Of a DNA stretch of 64,000 nucleotides, positions 14,001 to 22,564 are shown in pieces. Both the position numbers and the translations under genes were made by a program. The stretch comes from Acidimicrobiia bacterium. GTDB lineage: Bacteria > Actinomycetota > Acidimicrobiia > Spongiisociales > ZC4RG35. Numbering within the stretch: the first letter of the stretch is position 1; each line of letters begins with the position of its first letter. The stretch lies in NCBI GenBank assembly GCA_017577575.2, contig PKRG02000008.1:7030-71029 (forward strand), written 5' to 3'. Below the pieces are notes generated by a model that was not told the origin of the DNA, did no database searches, and worked only from the letters and a program-made list of their open reading frames with translations.

Positions 14001-14529
14001 CGTCCTCCGACATGGCGAGGACCTGGGCCGCCACCGCCACCGACAGGGGCTGGCCGACCAGCCCTGCCGCGGCCAGGAGGTCGCGGGCGGCGGCATCGGA
14101 GGGTGCCGGCAGCGGCTCGGCTTCGATCGAGATCTCGAGGAGCCTGCGGTGGCGTCGGGCGGTGTCGACGAGACGGTCGATCGCCCATCCCTGGCCCGGC
14201 CGGCGGCCCAGGACCAGGACGAGGCGAGCCGCCGGGTCGCCGATCAGCCGCCCCAGGCGCCCCAGCGACGACGCATCGACCCATTGGGCCTCCTCGACCA
14301 CGAACACCCCTTCGGTGGGGTTCGCGCCCAGGCCGAGGCGGTCGGCGATGTTGCCCGCCATCGCCCGGGAGGCCTCGGCGGCGACGGTACGCGCCACGGG
14401 GCCCGTGGGCGCCAGGGCGTCGAGGACGTCACCGATCGAGCCGTCGGGGCTCTCGACGACGACCAAGATGGGGCCCCGCCCCAGCTCGAGCGAACCCAGC
14501 GCCTCCCGCCACGTATCGGATGGTGACAT
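11062..14529 (-). CDS. Large membrane protein: degenerate STAND/AAA-like N-terminus, TPR-like helices, one TM helix, C-terminal PQQ/BamB-like beta-propeller
   Basis: Walker-B-like VFVVEEAQWVDASSL; Ala/Glu/Arg-rich helical middle; TM MIAAGLGVVVLAVGASVAVS; repeated blades (VYVASTDGTLYALDQTTGNQVW, VYFGTEDGLAIAVDAETGDELW). Confidence 0.8.
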   Translation of the reverse strand: MSPSDTWREALGSLELGRGPILVVVESPDGSIGDVLDALAPTGPVARTVAAEASRAMAGNIADRLGLGANPTEGVFVVEEAQWVDASSLGRLGRLIGDPAARLVLVLGRRPGQGWAIDRLVDTARRHRRLLEISIEAEPLPAPSDAAARDLLAAAGLVGQPLSVAVAAQVLAMSEDDTLALAESLVSDGYLTEARGGFLCARPVAVGEARRGHVARRLADVLEGSGSGPEVIGLLRMAAGDPAGAYPHLRAAAFFAAERAAMGEAHELAGAALEASAAISAGAHEVGHLHLIRGRHLRAAGRSDEAAAELEAAVSLLEGEARVDALGFAAAVADDRQRPQEAERLLAVAEWEAARLGAIAKLGSLSTFRARALNRLGFADECDALVEKGMQLLAAGEATANQRANGENNRAWIAFDRGQAVQAEMQFTHLRDTTPPDDVAGRADKEAWRARALFASGHPDAARSAVEEARRLADLAQVEAPLFLAELALAEGGLAYGRLGEAEAAAERALDLVELQLPAWRNVVLSLLASIRSKRGETSAAKEALEAAVAATPPGADGWRLRSRCAAIGMELEAAEGRFRHRDAIDLADALLQARLYGWAAELMCVIAEQRRDSRIAREAMALAVNIGNPMLAARAAEAGRLWHAAEAAPAIRAIRALVSRVPEDWQEDWRRQPGITAALEALEPAPDAGIEESRRVLEEALERAGLAADTVLSPAQRRRRGLVGPPRRLSIAQMIAAGLGVVVLAVGASVAVSRLTPTPPPVTIVREVAVTQPAEASLEDLRLEPPPEIIGSAPYRGGATRTGVLDTAGPRSVDGFFWTYTTAGPIESTPVAYGRNVYVASTDGTLYALDQTTGNQVWTMRTDGRITTTPEIASADVGEGVTSALVVLAGDDGIVRARDALSDLQSEAWAVRLGSRITSSPVVADGKAFVATSDGSVHALELVDGQEVWRYPAEGDGLGVVSAPLVYHDGVVYVGTEGGELHLIEAATGEARCQFDAGAAIVANPVIADALYLPTRGNTIFVRPIGECGQRPVPGRLPLYGTETAVEVAPAIRGDRMYLPSGRFLYSIDLRDNSHAWPASTVDAGSLISGAPVVAGDAVYFGTEDGLAIAVDAETGDELWRWQTGNFVRSSPAVVEGAVFVASGDGTLYALGEE

Positions 14530-14573
14530 GCCCAGCCCTGCGCGATTGCTGGGCGGAGGTTACAACGTGCGGG

Positions 14574-15701
14574 TCAGGCGGGGCCCTCGACGGCGGCCAC
14601 GACCGCGTCGGCGAGCTCGTCGCCGTCTTCGGGCCGGGTGGTCCACCCGAAGGAGAAGCGGAGGCTCTCTCGGGCCTCCTCGAAGGTCCGGCCCATGGCG
14701 GTCAGCACGTGGCTGGGGGTGCTCGCCCCGGACTGGCAGGCGGAGCCGGCGGAAGCCGCCACCCCCGCCCGGTCGAGGCGGATCAGGACGGTCTCGTTGC
14801 GGGTCCCGGGGATGCGGACGTGGGAGTGCTGGACGAGCCGGCGGTCCTCGGGAGCGTTGATGACCACATCGGGGCGTTTGCTGATCAGCCGCTCCTCGAA
14901 CCGCCGTCGCGCCTCGCCGACGTCGCGCCGGAACCGTTCCCTGTCGGCGACGGCCAGCTCGAGGGCGGTGGCGAAGCCCACGGCTCCGGCGACGTTGTGG
15001 GTGCCGGAGCGGCGGCCCAGCTCCTGGCCGCCTCCGTGGAGGACGGGCTCGAGGAGGGTCCCGGATCGCACGACGAGCACCCCGACCCCTTTGGGGCCGC
15101 CGAACTTGTGGCCGGCGATCGTGAGCAGGTCGACGTCGTCGAAGGTGACCTCCTCGGACACCGCCGCTTGGACGGCGTCGCTGTGGACGAGGACGCGGTC
15201 GGACACCGCCCGCACGGCGGCGGCGATCTCCGCCACCGGCTGGATGACGCCGGTCTCGTTGTTGGCCCACATGACGGACACCACCGCCGTCTCCTCGTCG
15301 ACGGCGGCGGCGACGGCTTCCGGGTCCACGAGGCCGTCGCGGTCCACTCCGAGGATCTTGACGGGACAGCCGATGCGGCTCAGGAACGCGGCCGATTGGA
15401 GCACCGCTTCGTGCTCGGTCGCCACCGTCACCACGCCGCCCCGCCGCCCGGCCGCCAGCGCCGCTCCCTTCAGGGCGAGGTTGTCGGATTCGGTGCCGCC
15501 GCTGGTGAACACCACCTCCAGCGGCTCGCAGCGGAGGATCTGGGCCACGCGCTCGCGCGCCTCCTCGAGGGCGTCCTTGGCCCGCCGTGAGATCTCGTGG
15601 ACACCGGAGGGGTTACCGAAGGTGTCGCTGTAGAAGGGCCGCATCGCTTCTGCGACCTCGGGGCGCATCGGGGTGGTTGCAGCGTGGTCTACGTACAGCA
15701 T
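14574..15701 (-). CDS. iscS: Cysteine desulfurase (IscS/NifS family)
   Basis: YVDHAATTP, FTSGGTESDN, HSDAVQA, GHKFGGPKG, SAGSAC. Confidence 0.93.
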   Translation of the reverse strand: MLYVDHAATTPMRPEVAEAMRPFYSDTFGNPSGVHEISRRAKDALEEARERVAQILRCEPLEVVFTSGGTESDNLALKGAALAAGRRGGVVTVATEHEAVLQSAAFLSRIGCPVKILGVDRDGLVDPEAVAAAVDEETAVVSVMWANNETGVIQPVAEIAAAVRAVSDRVLVHSDAVQAAVSEEVTFDDVDLLTIAGHKFGGPKGVGVLVVRSGTLLEPVLHGGGQELGRRSGTHNVAGAVGFATALELAVADRERFRRDVGEARRRFEERLISKRPDVVINAPEDRRLVQHSHVRIPGTRNETVLIRLDRAGVAASAGSACQSGASTPSHVLTAMGRTFEEARESLRFSFGWTTRPEDGDELADAVVAAVEGPA

Positions 15702-15758
15702 CGGGTCCCATGTTGGCACGACGACCGCCGAAACGGCGCTCACCTAGGCTCTGAGGCG

Positions 15759-16208
15759 ATGCCTTCGGTGTCCGTGTCCGTGGTGATCGACGCCCCGCTG
15801 GACCTCGTCTGGCAAGAGGTGGCGGACCTGGGCTCCCACCCCGAGTGGATGGCCGACGCCGACTCGATCCGGTTCGCCGACGAGCAGAGGCGCGGGGTCG
15901 GCACCACGATGCAGGTGGCGACCCGGCTGGGCCCGCTGCGCGCCTCCGACTGGCTGGTCGTGACCGCCTGGGAAGAGAAGCGCCTGATCGAGGTCGCCCA
16001 CGTGGGCACCGTCGGCGGCTGGGGCAGGTTCCGCCTCGACCCGCTCGCCGGGGGCGTCCGCTTCACCTGGACCGAGGAGCTGCGGTTTCCTCTGTGGCTG
16101 GCAGGGCCCGTCACCGCCTTCGTCGCCCAGTGGATCCTGGCCGTGGTGTGGCGGCGCAACCTGGCCCTGTTCGCCGACCGGGTGGGGAAGCGCCTCAGCG
16201 GCCGGTGA
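15759..16208 (+). CDS. SRPBCC/polyketide cyclase family protein
   Basis: VSVVIDAPLDLVW...HPEWM, GVGT, RFTWTEEL; ATG 8 nt after TAGGCT. Confidence 0.82.
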   Translation: MPSVSVSVVIDAPLDLVWQEVADLGSHPEWMADADSIRFADEQRRGVGTTMQVATRLGPLRASDWLVVTAWEEKRLIEVAHVGTVGGWGRFRLDPLAGGVRFTWTEELRFPLWLAGPVTAFVAQWILAVVWRRNLALFADRVGKRLSGR

Positions 16209-16962
16209 ACGTGGGCTTTCGCTTCTCGAGGAACGCCGTCACTCCCTCGCGGGCGTCCTCGGTGGCGAAGGCGTTGGCGAACTCGGCGGCTTCGATCTCG
16301 AGCGCCTGGACCATCGGCTGGCCCCACCCCTGGTTGAGCGCCCGTTTGGCGGCGGCGAGTGCCCGGGTGGGGCCCTCCGCCCACTTGGCGGCATCGGCCA
16401 TGGCCACCTCCAGCAGCTCGTCGGCGGCGACCACCTTGTCGGCGAGGCCGATCGCCTGGGCCTCCTCGGCGCCGACGTGGCGTCCCGAGTACACGAGCTC
16501 TTTGGCGACCTGGTACCCGACGAGGCGGGGCAGGCGCTGGGTTCCGCCCGCACCCGGGATCAACCCGAGCAGGATCTCGGGCTGGCCGACCTTGGCGTCT
16601 TCTGCCAGGTAGCGGAAGTCGGCCCCCATCGCCAGCTCGAGGCCGCCGCCGAGGGCGAAGCCCTGGATGGCGGCGATCGTCGGCTTCTCCAGCGACTCCA
16701 GCGCCCAGATCGCTTCGGTGAGGGCCCCGGCGAGCTCGTCGTCGGTTCCCGATTCGAACGCCGTCTTGAACCCGGTGATGTCGGCGCCGGCGGCGAAATG
16801 GGGGTCTCCGGTGACGACCACGGCCCGGATCGCCGGGTCGGCGCACTCCCGGAACGCCTGCGTCAGCTCCTGTGACAGCTGCTGGTCGAGGGCGTTGACG
16901 GGCGGGCGGTTCAAGGTGACGAGGGCGACGGCCCCGTCGCGCGACAACTCTACGAGCGGCAC
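16195..16962 (-). CDS. Enoyl-CoA hydratase/isomerase
   Basis: FAAGADI, GFALGGGLELA, GQPEILLGLIPGAGGTQRLPR. Confidence 0.94.
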   Translation of the reverse strand: MPLVELSRDGAVALVTLNRPPVNALDQQLSQELTQAFRECADPAIRAVVVTGDPHFAAGADITGFKTAFESGTDDELAGALTEAIWALESLEKPTIAAIQGFALGGGLELAMGADFRYLAEDAKVGQPEILLGLIPGAGGTQRLPRLVGYQVAKELVYSGRHVGAEEAQAIGLADKVVAADELLEVAMADAAKWAEGPTRALAAAKRALNQGWGQPMVQALEIEAAEFANAFATEDAREGVTAFLEKRKPTFTGR

Positions 16963-16990
16963 TTCTCCTCCGGTTCCGATTGTCTCGACT

Positions 16991-19711
16991 TCACTTCACC
17001 GACGGCAGGTCGGCCAGCTCGGGCCGTTCCGCCGGGGCGATCGGCTCCACCCGGATCCGGGCGTCGACCACCACGACGCCCTCGCCGGGGGCGAGCACCT
17101 TGACCGGGTTGAGGTCCATCTCGACGATCTCGGGAACTTCCGAGATGAGGGTGGAGACCCGAAGCAGGGCCTCCTCCACCGCCTCCACGTCACCCTCGGG
17201 CATGTTCCGGTAGCCCTCGAGCATCCGGAAGCCCTTGATCGAGCGGACCATCTCCGAAGCATCGACGTCGGTCAGGGGATGGATGCGGAAGGCGACGTCG
17301 CCGAGCAGCTCCACGGTGACACCGCCCATCCCGAAGACGATGAGCGGGCCGAAGCTGGGGTCCTCCGTCGACCCGATGATGACCTCGTGCCCGGCGGGGA
17401 CGAACGACTGCACGACCACGCCTTGGGGGTCGGGCACCGCCGATGTCACCTGCCGGTACGCCGCCCTCACCTCCTCCTCGCCGGACACGTCGAGGACGAC
17501 GCCGCCGACGTCGGACTTGTGGAGGGCCGACGGCGAGATGACCTTGAGGACGGACCGGCCGATCTCGGCGGCGATGGCCACCGCTTCGTCTTCGGTCGTG
17601 GCCGTCTTGGTGATCGGCACGCGCAGGCCGACCGTCTGGAGGAGGCCCATGACTTCCTCCGGCTCGAGCCAGCCGCCCTCGGGGCCGAGCCGGTCCAGCG
17701 CGGGGTCCACGATCGCCCGGGCGGCGGGCTGGTCGACGTCGGCGAGGTGCGGCACGGAGCCAGGGTCGCGGCGCTTCCACTCGCCGTAGTTGACGGCCCG
17801 GGTGAGCGCCAGGGCGGCCTGCTCGGGGAACTGGTAGTGGGGAATGGTCCGCGAGCCTTCCTTTCCGGCGAGGAGCGATGCGGCGTCTTCTCCGCCCATG
17901 AAGACCGTGAGCAGCGTGACGTCGCCGGGGTGGTCGTCCTGGCAGCGACGGAGGGCGTCTGCCACCGGGAGGGCGAGCCCGGGGGTCACCTCCACGTGGA
18001 TGACCACCACCGAGTCCACTTCCCCGGACTCGATGAGGGTGGAGGTGGCGTGATAGAACTCCTCCGGCCCGGCCGAGGCGATGAGGTCCACCGGGTTGGA
18101 GGTGGCGGCTTCCGCCGGCAGCTTCTCCCGCAGCTTCTGCTGCACGCCGTCGCTGAGGGCGGGGAGCTGGAGGCCGTTGGCTTCGAGGGCGTCGGCGGCG
18201 AGGATCCCGGGGCCCCCGGCGTTCGTAACGATCCCGACCCGCCTCCCTCCGGGGATCGGCTGGTCGGCGAGCAGCCGCCCGACGGCGAACATCTGCTCGA
18301 TGGTGTCGACCCGGATGACCCCCGCCTGGCGGAACAGGGCGTCGACGGCGACGTCGGACGAGGCGAGGGCTCCGGTGTGGCTGGAGGCCGCCCGCTTGCC
18401 GGCGGTGGTGCGACCCGACTTGACGGCGATGATCGGCTTGCGGCGCGAGATGCGGCGGGCGATGCGGGAGAACTTCTTCGGGTTCCCGAACGACTCCAGG
18501 TAGAGGAGGATGACGTCGACGTTGGGGTCCTCCTCCCACGCCAGGAGCAAGTCGTTGCCGGAGACGTCGGCCTTGTTGCCGACCGACACGAAGTACGACA
18601 GGCCGATCCCCGCCTCGGTGGCGTAGTCGAGGATGGCGATGCCCAGCGCCCCCGACTGCGAGGACATGGCGATGTTGCCGGGCAGCGGGTACACCGGCGA
18701 GAACGAGCCGTTCATGCTGACGGCGGCGTTGGTGTTGATGACACCCAGGCAGTTGGGGCCGATCATGCGGATGCCCGCCCGGCGGACGATCGACAGGAGC
18801 TCCTTCTCCCGGGCCTTGCCCTCCGGGCCGGTCTCGGAGAAGCCGGCGCTGATGACGACGATGCCGCGGACGCCCTTCTCGACGCACTGCTGGACCACAT
18901 CGAGCACGATGGCGGCCGGGACGACGATGTAGGCGAGGTCGACCTCGTCGGGGATGTCGAGCACCGACGGGTAGGCCCGCACCGAGTTGACGACCCGGGC
19001 ATTTGGGTTCACCGGGTACAGAGGGCCGGTGAACCCGTCGCGGAGCAGGTTCCGGAACAGCCGGTTGCCGATCGAGCCGGGGTCGGTGGAGGCGCCGATC
19101 ACGGCGATGGACCGGGGCACGAAGATGGGCCCGAGCGACGCGGTGACCGCCCGGCGCTCCTTCTCGCCCCACGCCGCGATCGAGCTCTCGGATTCTTCCA
19201 CCGGGAAGTCGACGGTGTACATGCCTTCCTCCAGGGTCCGGGTCAGCTCGAACCCCGAGTTGCGGAACACCCGCATCATCTGGCGGTTCTCGGGCAGGAC
19301 GTACGCCTTGAAGCGCTTGATGCCGTGGTTGCGGGCGTACGAGGTCAACAGGAGCAGCAACTCGGTGCCGACCCCCCGGCCCTGGTGGTCGTCGGCGACG
19401 GCGAAGGCGACCTCGGCCGTCGACGGGTCGTCGGCGAGAGCGTCGTATCGGCCGACGCCGATGAAGCGGTCCTGGGCGATGGCGACGAGCGCCATCCGCT
19501 CGTGGTAGTCGACGTTGGTGAAGTACTCGATCTCTTCGGGGTCGAGGGTGTTCTTGACCCGGAAGAACCGGAAGTAGCGGCTCTCGGGACCGAGCCGCTC
19601 GAAGAGGTCTTTGATCAGGTCGCCGTCGTCGGGACGGATCGGCCGGATCTGCACTCCGCTCCCGTCGCGGAGGACGACCGACAACTCGTATTCGCTCGGG
19701 TAATCAGCCAC
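16991..19711 (-). CDS. Pat-type protein lysine acetyltransferase (N-terminal GNAT + CoA-binding + ADP-forming acyl-CoA synthetase-like + ATP-grasp)
   Basis: GNAT (AEVAFAVADDHQGRGVGT), IAVIGAS, IGPNCLG, SQSGALG, HKSDVGGV, EMDLNPV. Confidence 0.88.
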   Translation of the reverse strand: MADYPSEYELSVVLRDGSGVQIRPIRPDDGDLIKDLFERLGPESRYFRFFRVKNTLDPEEIEYFTNVDYHERMALVAIAQDRFIGVGRYDALADDPSTAEVAFAVADDHQGRGVGTELLLLLTSYARNHGIKRFKAYVLPENRQMMRVFRNSGFELTRTLEEGMYTVDFPVEESESSIAAWGEKERRAVTASLGPIFVPRSIAVIGASTDPGSIGNRLFRNLLRDGFTGPLYPVNPNARVVNSVRAYPSVLDIPDEVDLAYIVVPAAIVLDVVQQCVEKGVRGIVVISAGFSETGPEGKAREKELLSIVRRAGIRMIGPNCLGVINTNAAVSMNGSFSPVYPLPGNIAMSSQSGALGIAILDYATEAGIGLSYFVSVGNKADVSGNDLLLAWEEDPNVDVILLYLESFGNPKKFSRIARRISRRKPIIAVKSGRTTAGKRAASSHTGALASSDVAVDALFRQAGVIRVDTIEQMFAVGRLLADQPIPGGRRVGIVTNAGGPGILAADALEANGLQLPALSDGVQQKLREKLPAEAATSNPVDLIASAGPEEFYHATSTLIESGEVDSVVVIHVEVTPGLALPVADALRRCQDDHPGDVTLLTVFMGGEDAASLLAGKEGSRTIPHYQFPEQAALALTRAVNYGEWKRRDPGSVPHLADVDQPAARAIVDPALDRLGPEGGWLEPEEVMGLLQTVGLRVPITKTATTEDEAVAIAAEIGRSVLKVISPSALHKSDVGGVVLDVSGEEEVRAAYRQVTSAVPDPQGVVVQSFVPAGHEVIIGSTEDPSFGPLIVFGMGGVTVELLGDVAFRIHPLTDVDASEMVRSIKGFRMLEGYRNMPEGDVEAVEEALLRVSTLISEVPEIVEMDLNPVKVLAPGEGVVVVDARIRVEPIAPAERPELADLPSVK

Positions 19712-19721
19712 GGCTCCGAGG

Positions 19722-21467
19722 CTAACGCAATCGCGGTTCGAGACGAGCCCGGGAGTCGTAGGGATATATCTCGATCATCTCCCCGTTCTCCACCCTCTCC
19801 TGGGTGGATCGCCACCAGTCGGCGTCGAACAGTTCGGCGTGGTGGGCCTCGAACGCCTGGCGGATGGCGCCTTTCACCCCGAGGAAGGTGGAGAACTCGG
19901 CGGGGAAGACGTCGGTGGGGCCGACCGAGAACCAGCTCTGGGGTGCCATGTCGACTTCCGGGTCGGGGCTGTCGGGGAGGTGGCGGAAGTTGACTTCCGT
20001 GAGCGGCGACAGCTCGTCGTAGTCGTAGAAGACGACCCGGCCGTGGCGGGTGACCCCGAAGTTCTTGAGCAGGAGGTCGCCGGGGAAGATCCCGGAGGCG
20101 GCGAGATCGCGCAGGGCGTTGCCGTAGTCGACGATCGCCTCCCGTGCCAGGGCCAGGTCGGCGTGGCGGAGGTACAGGTCGAGGGGGATCACCCGGCGTT
20201 CGACGTAGCAGTGCCGGATGGTGACGGTCTCCTCGTCCACGTCGACCGAGCGGGCGCACTCGGTGATGAGGGCGTCGAGGACCTCGGGCTCGAAACGGTC
20301 CCGGGGCAAGGCCAGGTAGTTGAACTCCTGGGCATCGACGAGGCGGCCCGCCCGGTCGTGGGTGAACACGAACCGGTACTTCTCCTTCACCTGGGATCGG
20401 GTGGTGGTCTTCTGTGGGGGGAACCGGTCCTTGATCACCTTGAACACGACGTCGAAGCCGGGCAGCGTGAACACGACCATGACCAGCCCGCGGGCGCCCC
20501 GGGCGAGGACGAAGCGGTCGCCCGAGGTGAGCATGTGGGCTTTCAGCTCCCGGTACAGCGACGTCTTGCCGTGCTTGTTGTGCCCCAAGCTGATGTACAG
20601 CTCGGCGAGGCGCTTGCGCGGCATCAGCGAGCGGAGGAACCGGATCAGGTCCCACGGCCGGTCGACGTCGACGTGGAAGTAGGACCGGGTGAACGAGAAC
20701 AGGATCGACAGCTGGTTCTCGGTGAGGAGCACGGCGTCGAGGACCACGCCTTCGGGAGGGTGCAGCAGGGCGAGCACCAGAGGCACCACGTGCGGCCCCG
20801 AGTAGATGCGGCCGATCACGTAGGCGCCCTTGCCCCGGTAGAAGACGGCGTCCACCACTTCGCAGCGGTCGACGACCCGCAGCGCCCCCACCGACCGCAG
20901 GTGCTCGGAGATCCGCTCGGCGGCGCGGGCGGCGTCCCGGTCGAGGTCGACGAAGTCGGCTCCCAGCCCGGAGTCGCGGAGAATGCGCCTCACCAGCTCC
21001 GGGATGGGCATGGCCGGGTAGGTGCGATGGATGGGGGTCACCGGATCCGACGGCGGCGACTCGTAGTCGGAGTCGACGAACTCGATCCTGGGATCCACTC
21101 CGACGGTGGTGAAGATGCGCCGTGTCACCGAGTTGAAGAACGTCTCGGCGAGCTCCCAGTCGTGGCGCCCCATGATCAGGCCCGAGTAGACCGCCTTCAT
21201 CCCCGCCCACACCATCCGGTCCTGGGTGCGGTTCTCCAGCAGCCCCCGGATCGAGTCGGCGGTGCGCCGGGCCGCCCGCTCGTAGAGGTCGAGCCGCTCG
21301 CGGGCGTCCGCCGCCATCCCCTTCCAGTCCCTCTCCGCGAACCTGACCCGGGCCCGGCGGGTGACGATGCGGAAGCGGTTCTCGAAGTCGTCGTACGCTT
21401 CGGCGATCAGCCGGGCGCCGAGGTTGGCGAGCCGGGAGTCGGTGAGGGCGGGGCTTTCGGTGGACAC
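19722..21467 (-). CDS. aceK: Isocitrate dehydrogenase kinase/phosphatase
   Basis: ELAETFFNSV, LFSFTRSYF, ELYISLGHNKHGKT, GLVMVVFTLP, VFKVIKDRF, HDRAGRL, IFPGDLLLKNFGVTRHGRVVFYDYDE; start uncertain (GTG 21467 chosen). Confidence 0.93.
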   Translation of the reverse strand: MSTESPALTDSRLANLGARLIAEAYDDFENRFRIVTRRARVRFAERDWKGMAADARERLDLYERAARRTADSIRGLLENRTQDRMVWAGMKAVYSGLIMGRHDWELAETFFNSVTRRIFTTVGVDPRIEFVDSDYESPPSDPVTPIHRTYPAMPIPELVRRILRDSGLGADFVDLDRDAARAAERISEHLRSVGALRVVDRCEVVDAVFYRGKGAYVIGRIYSGPHVVPLVLALLHPPEGVVLDAVLLTENQLSILFSFTRSYFHVDVDRPWDLIRFLRSLMPRKRLAELYISLGHNKHGKTSLYRELKAHMLTSGDRFVLARGARGLVMVVFTLPGFDVVFKVIKDRFPPQKTTTRSQVKEKYRFVFTHDRAGRLVDAQEFNYLALPRDRFEPEVLDALITECARSVDVDEETVTIRHCYVERRVIPLDLYLRHADLALAREAIVDYGNALRDLAASGIFPGDLLLKNFGVTRHGRVVFYDYDELSPLTEVNFRHLPDSPDPEVDMAPQSWFSVGPTDVFPAEFSTFLGVKGAIRQAFEAHHAELFDADWWRSTQERVENGEMIEIYPYDSRARLEPRLR

Positions 21468-21476
21468 GACGTCGCC

Positions 21477-21505
21477 AGCATGCGGGCTGGGGCCCATCTG
21501 TGCAA
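21477..21505 (-). promoter_or_regulatory. Putative housekeeping-sigma promoter of aceK (TTGCAC-N17-CATGCT)
   Basis: Minus strand: TTGCAC 21505-21500, 17-nt spacer, CATGCT 21482-21477. Confidence 0.45.
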
Positions 21506-21570
21506 CCTCGGTGGCCAAGACCGTGCGATCGTCACCCGCCGGGCACGGCGCCCGGGACCCAGATCGGAAG

Positions 21571-21657
21571 TACCCGGGGTGGGAGTCGAACCCACACGTC
21601 CCATGAGGGACAGAGGTTTTTAAGACCTCCGCGTCTGACCAGTTCCGCCACCCGGGC
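21571..21657 (-). tRNA. tRNA-Leu (anticodon TAA), bldA-type; CCA not encoded
   Basis: Acceptor stem GCCCGGG/CCCGGGT+A, anticodon arm GAGGT-CTTAAAA-ACCTC, long variable arm GTCCC-TCAT-GGGAC, T-arm GTGGG-TTCGACT-CCCAC. Confidence 0.97.
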
Positions 21658-21695
21658 GAACGATCCATCTCACGGTACCGGACTCGCCGGGCCGC

Positions 21696-22562
21696 TTATT
21701 CGCCGTCGCGGAGGCCGGCGACGATCCCGTCGAGCAGGTCTCGCTCCGAGACCAGGCATCGGTCGACGCCCAGCGCCTCCATCACCTGCTCGGCGACGAT
21801 CGACCCGCCCAGGATGACTGGTGCGCGGCGGGGCTCGATGCCGGGGAGGGCGGCGGTCTCGGCCACCGACAGCCCCGCCAGCCTCTCCACCCATCCCGAG
21901 ACCTGCTCGCGGTCGAGGGTCGAGTGGTGGACCAGGTCGGGGTCGTACCGCCCGAACGTCAGTGCGGCGAGCGTCGTCCACGTGCCCGCCACGCCGATCA
22001 CCCCGTCGGGGGCGGGTGCGCCCGCCAGGATGCCACGGGCGTGGGCCCGGGCGGCCTCCACGACATCGTCCGGCACCGGCCGTGTGCCGAAGAACAGGTC
22101 GGTCATGCGCACCGAGCCGATGTCCGCCGACCGGGCGGCGGTCTCGGTGACGATCTCGGTGCTGCCGCCGCCGATGTCGATCACCGTCCAGTCGGCCTGG
22201 CCCAGCCCGCAGACCGCACCCCGGTACGAGAGCCGCGCCTCCTCTTCGCCGGAGATCACCTCGGGCCGCGCCCCGAGCGCCGCTTCGGCCTCGTCGAGGA
22301 ACGACGCCGCGTCCGCGGCCGAGCGGCCCACCGCGGTCATGACACAACGCATCCGCCCGACACCCAGAGCTTCCATCTCCCGGCGGTACTCGCCCAACAC
22401 GTCGAGGGTCTCGGCGCGGCCTTCTGGGCTCAGCCGCCTCGTGTGCTGCATGCCCCGCCCCAGCCCGGTGATCCGGGTGAGGCGCAGGACGTCGGAGCCG
22501 TCGGCGTCGGCGACGAGGAGCCGGACGGAGTTGGTTCCGATGTCGACGGCGGCGAGACGCAT
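21696..22562 (-). CDS. ppx: Ppx/GppA family exopolyphosphatase
   Basis: AAVDIGTNSVRL, ISGEEEARL, IDIGGGSTE, GVAGT. Confidence 0.92.
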   Translation of the reverse strand: MRLAAVDIGTNSVRLLVADADGSDVLRLTRITGLGRGMQHTRRLSPEGRAETLDVLGEYRREMEALGVGRMRCVMTAVGRSAADAASFLDEAEAALGARPEVISGEEEARLSYRGAVCGLGQADWTVIDIGGGSTEIVTETAARSADIGSVRMTDLFFGTRPVPDDVVEAARAHARGILAGAPAPDGVIGVAGTWTTLAALTFGRYDPDLVHHSTLDREQVSGWVERLAGLSVAETAALPGIEPRRAPVILGGSIVAEQVMEALGVDRCLVSERDLLDGIVAGLRDGE

Positions 22563-22564
22563 CG

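Noticed and set aside
16667-19993. Very long antisense or alternate-frame ORFs (e.g. 16667-19993 +, 27941-30403 +, 41786-44485 +, 42714-45791 -)
   Set aside because: Shadow ORFs expected at high GC; they overlap well-supported genes and show no family motifs
21500-21600. Possible island integrated at the tRNA-Leu 3' end carrying aceK
   Set aside because: No integrase, no duplicated tRNA 3' end noticed, and no evident composition shift
21468-21668. N-terminal extension of aceK in the ORF track
   Set aside because: It runs through the tRNA-Leu gene; a promoter candidate and typical AceK length support a start near 21467
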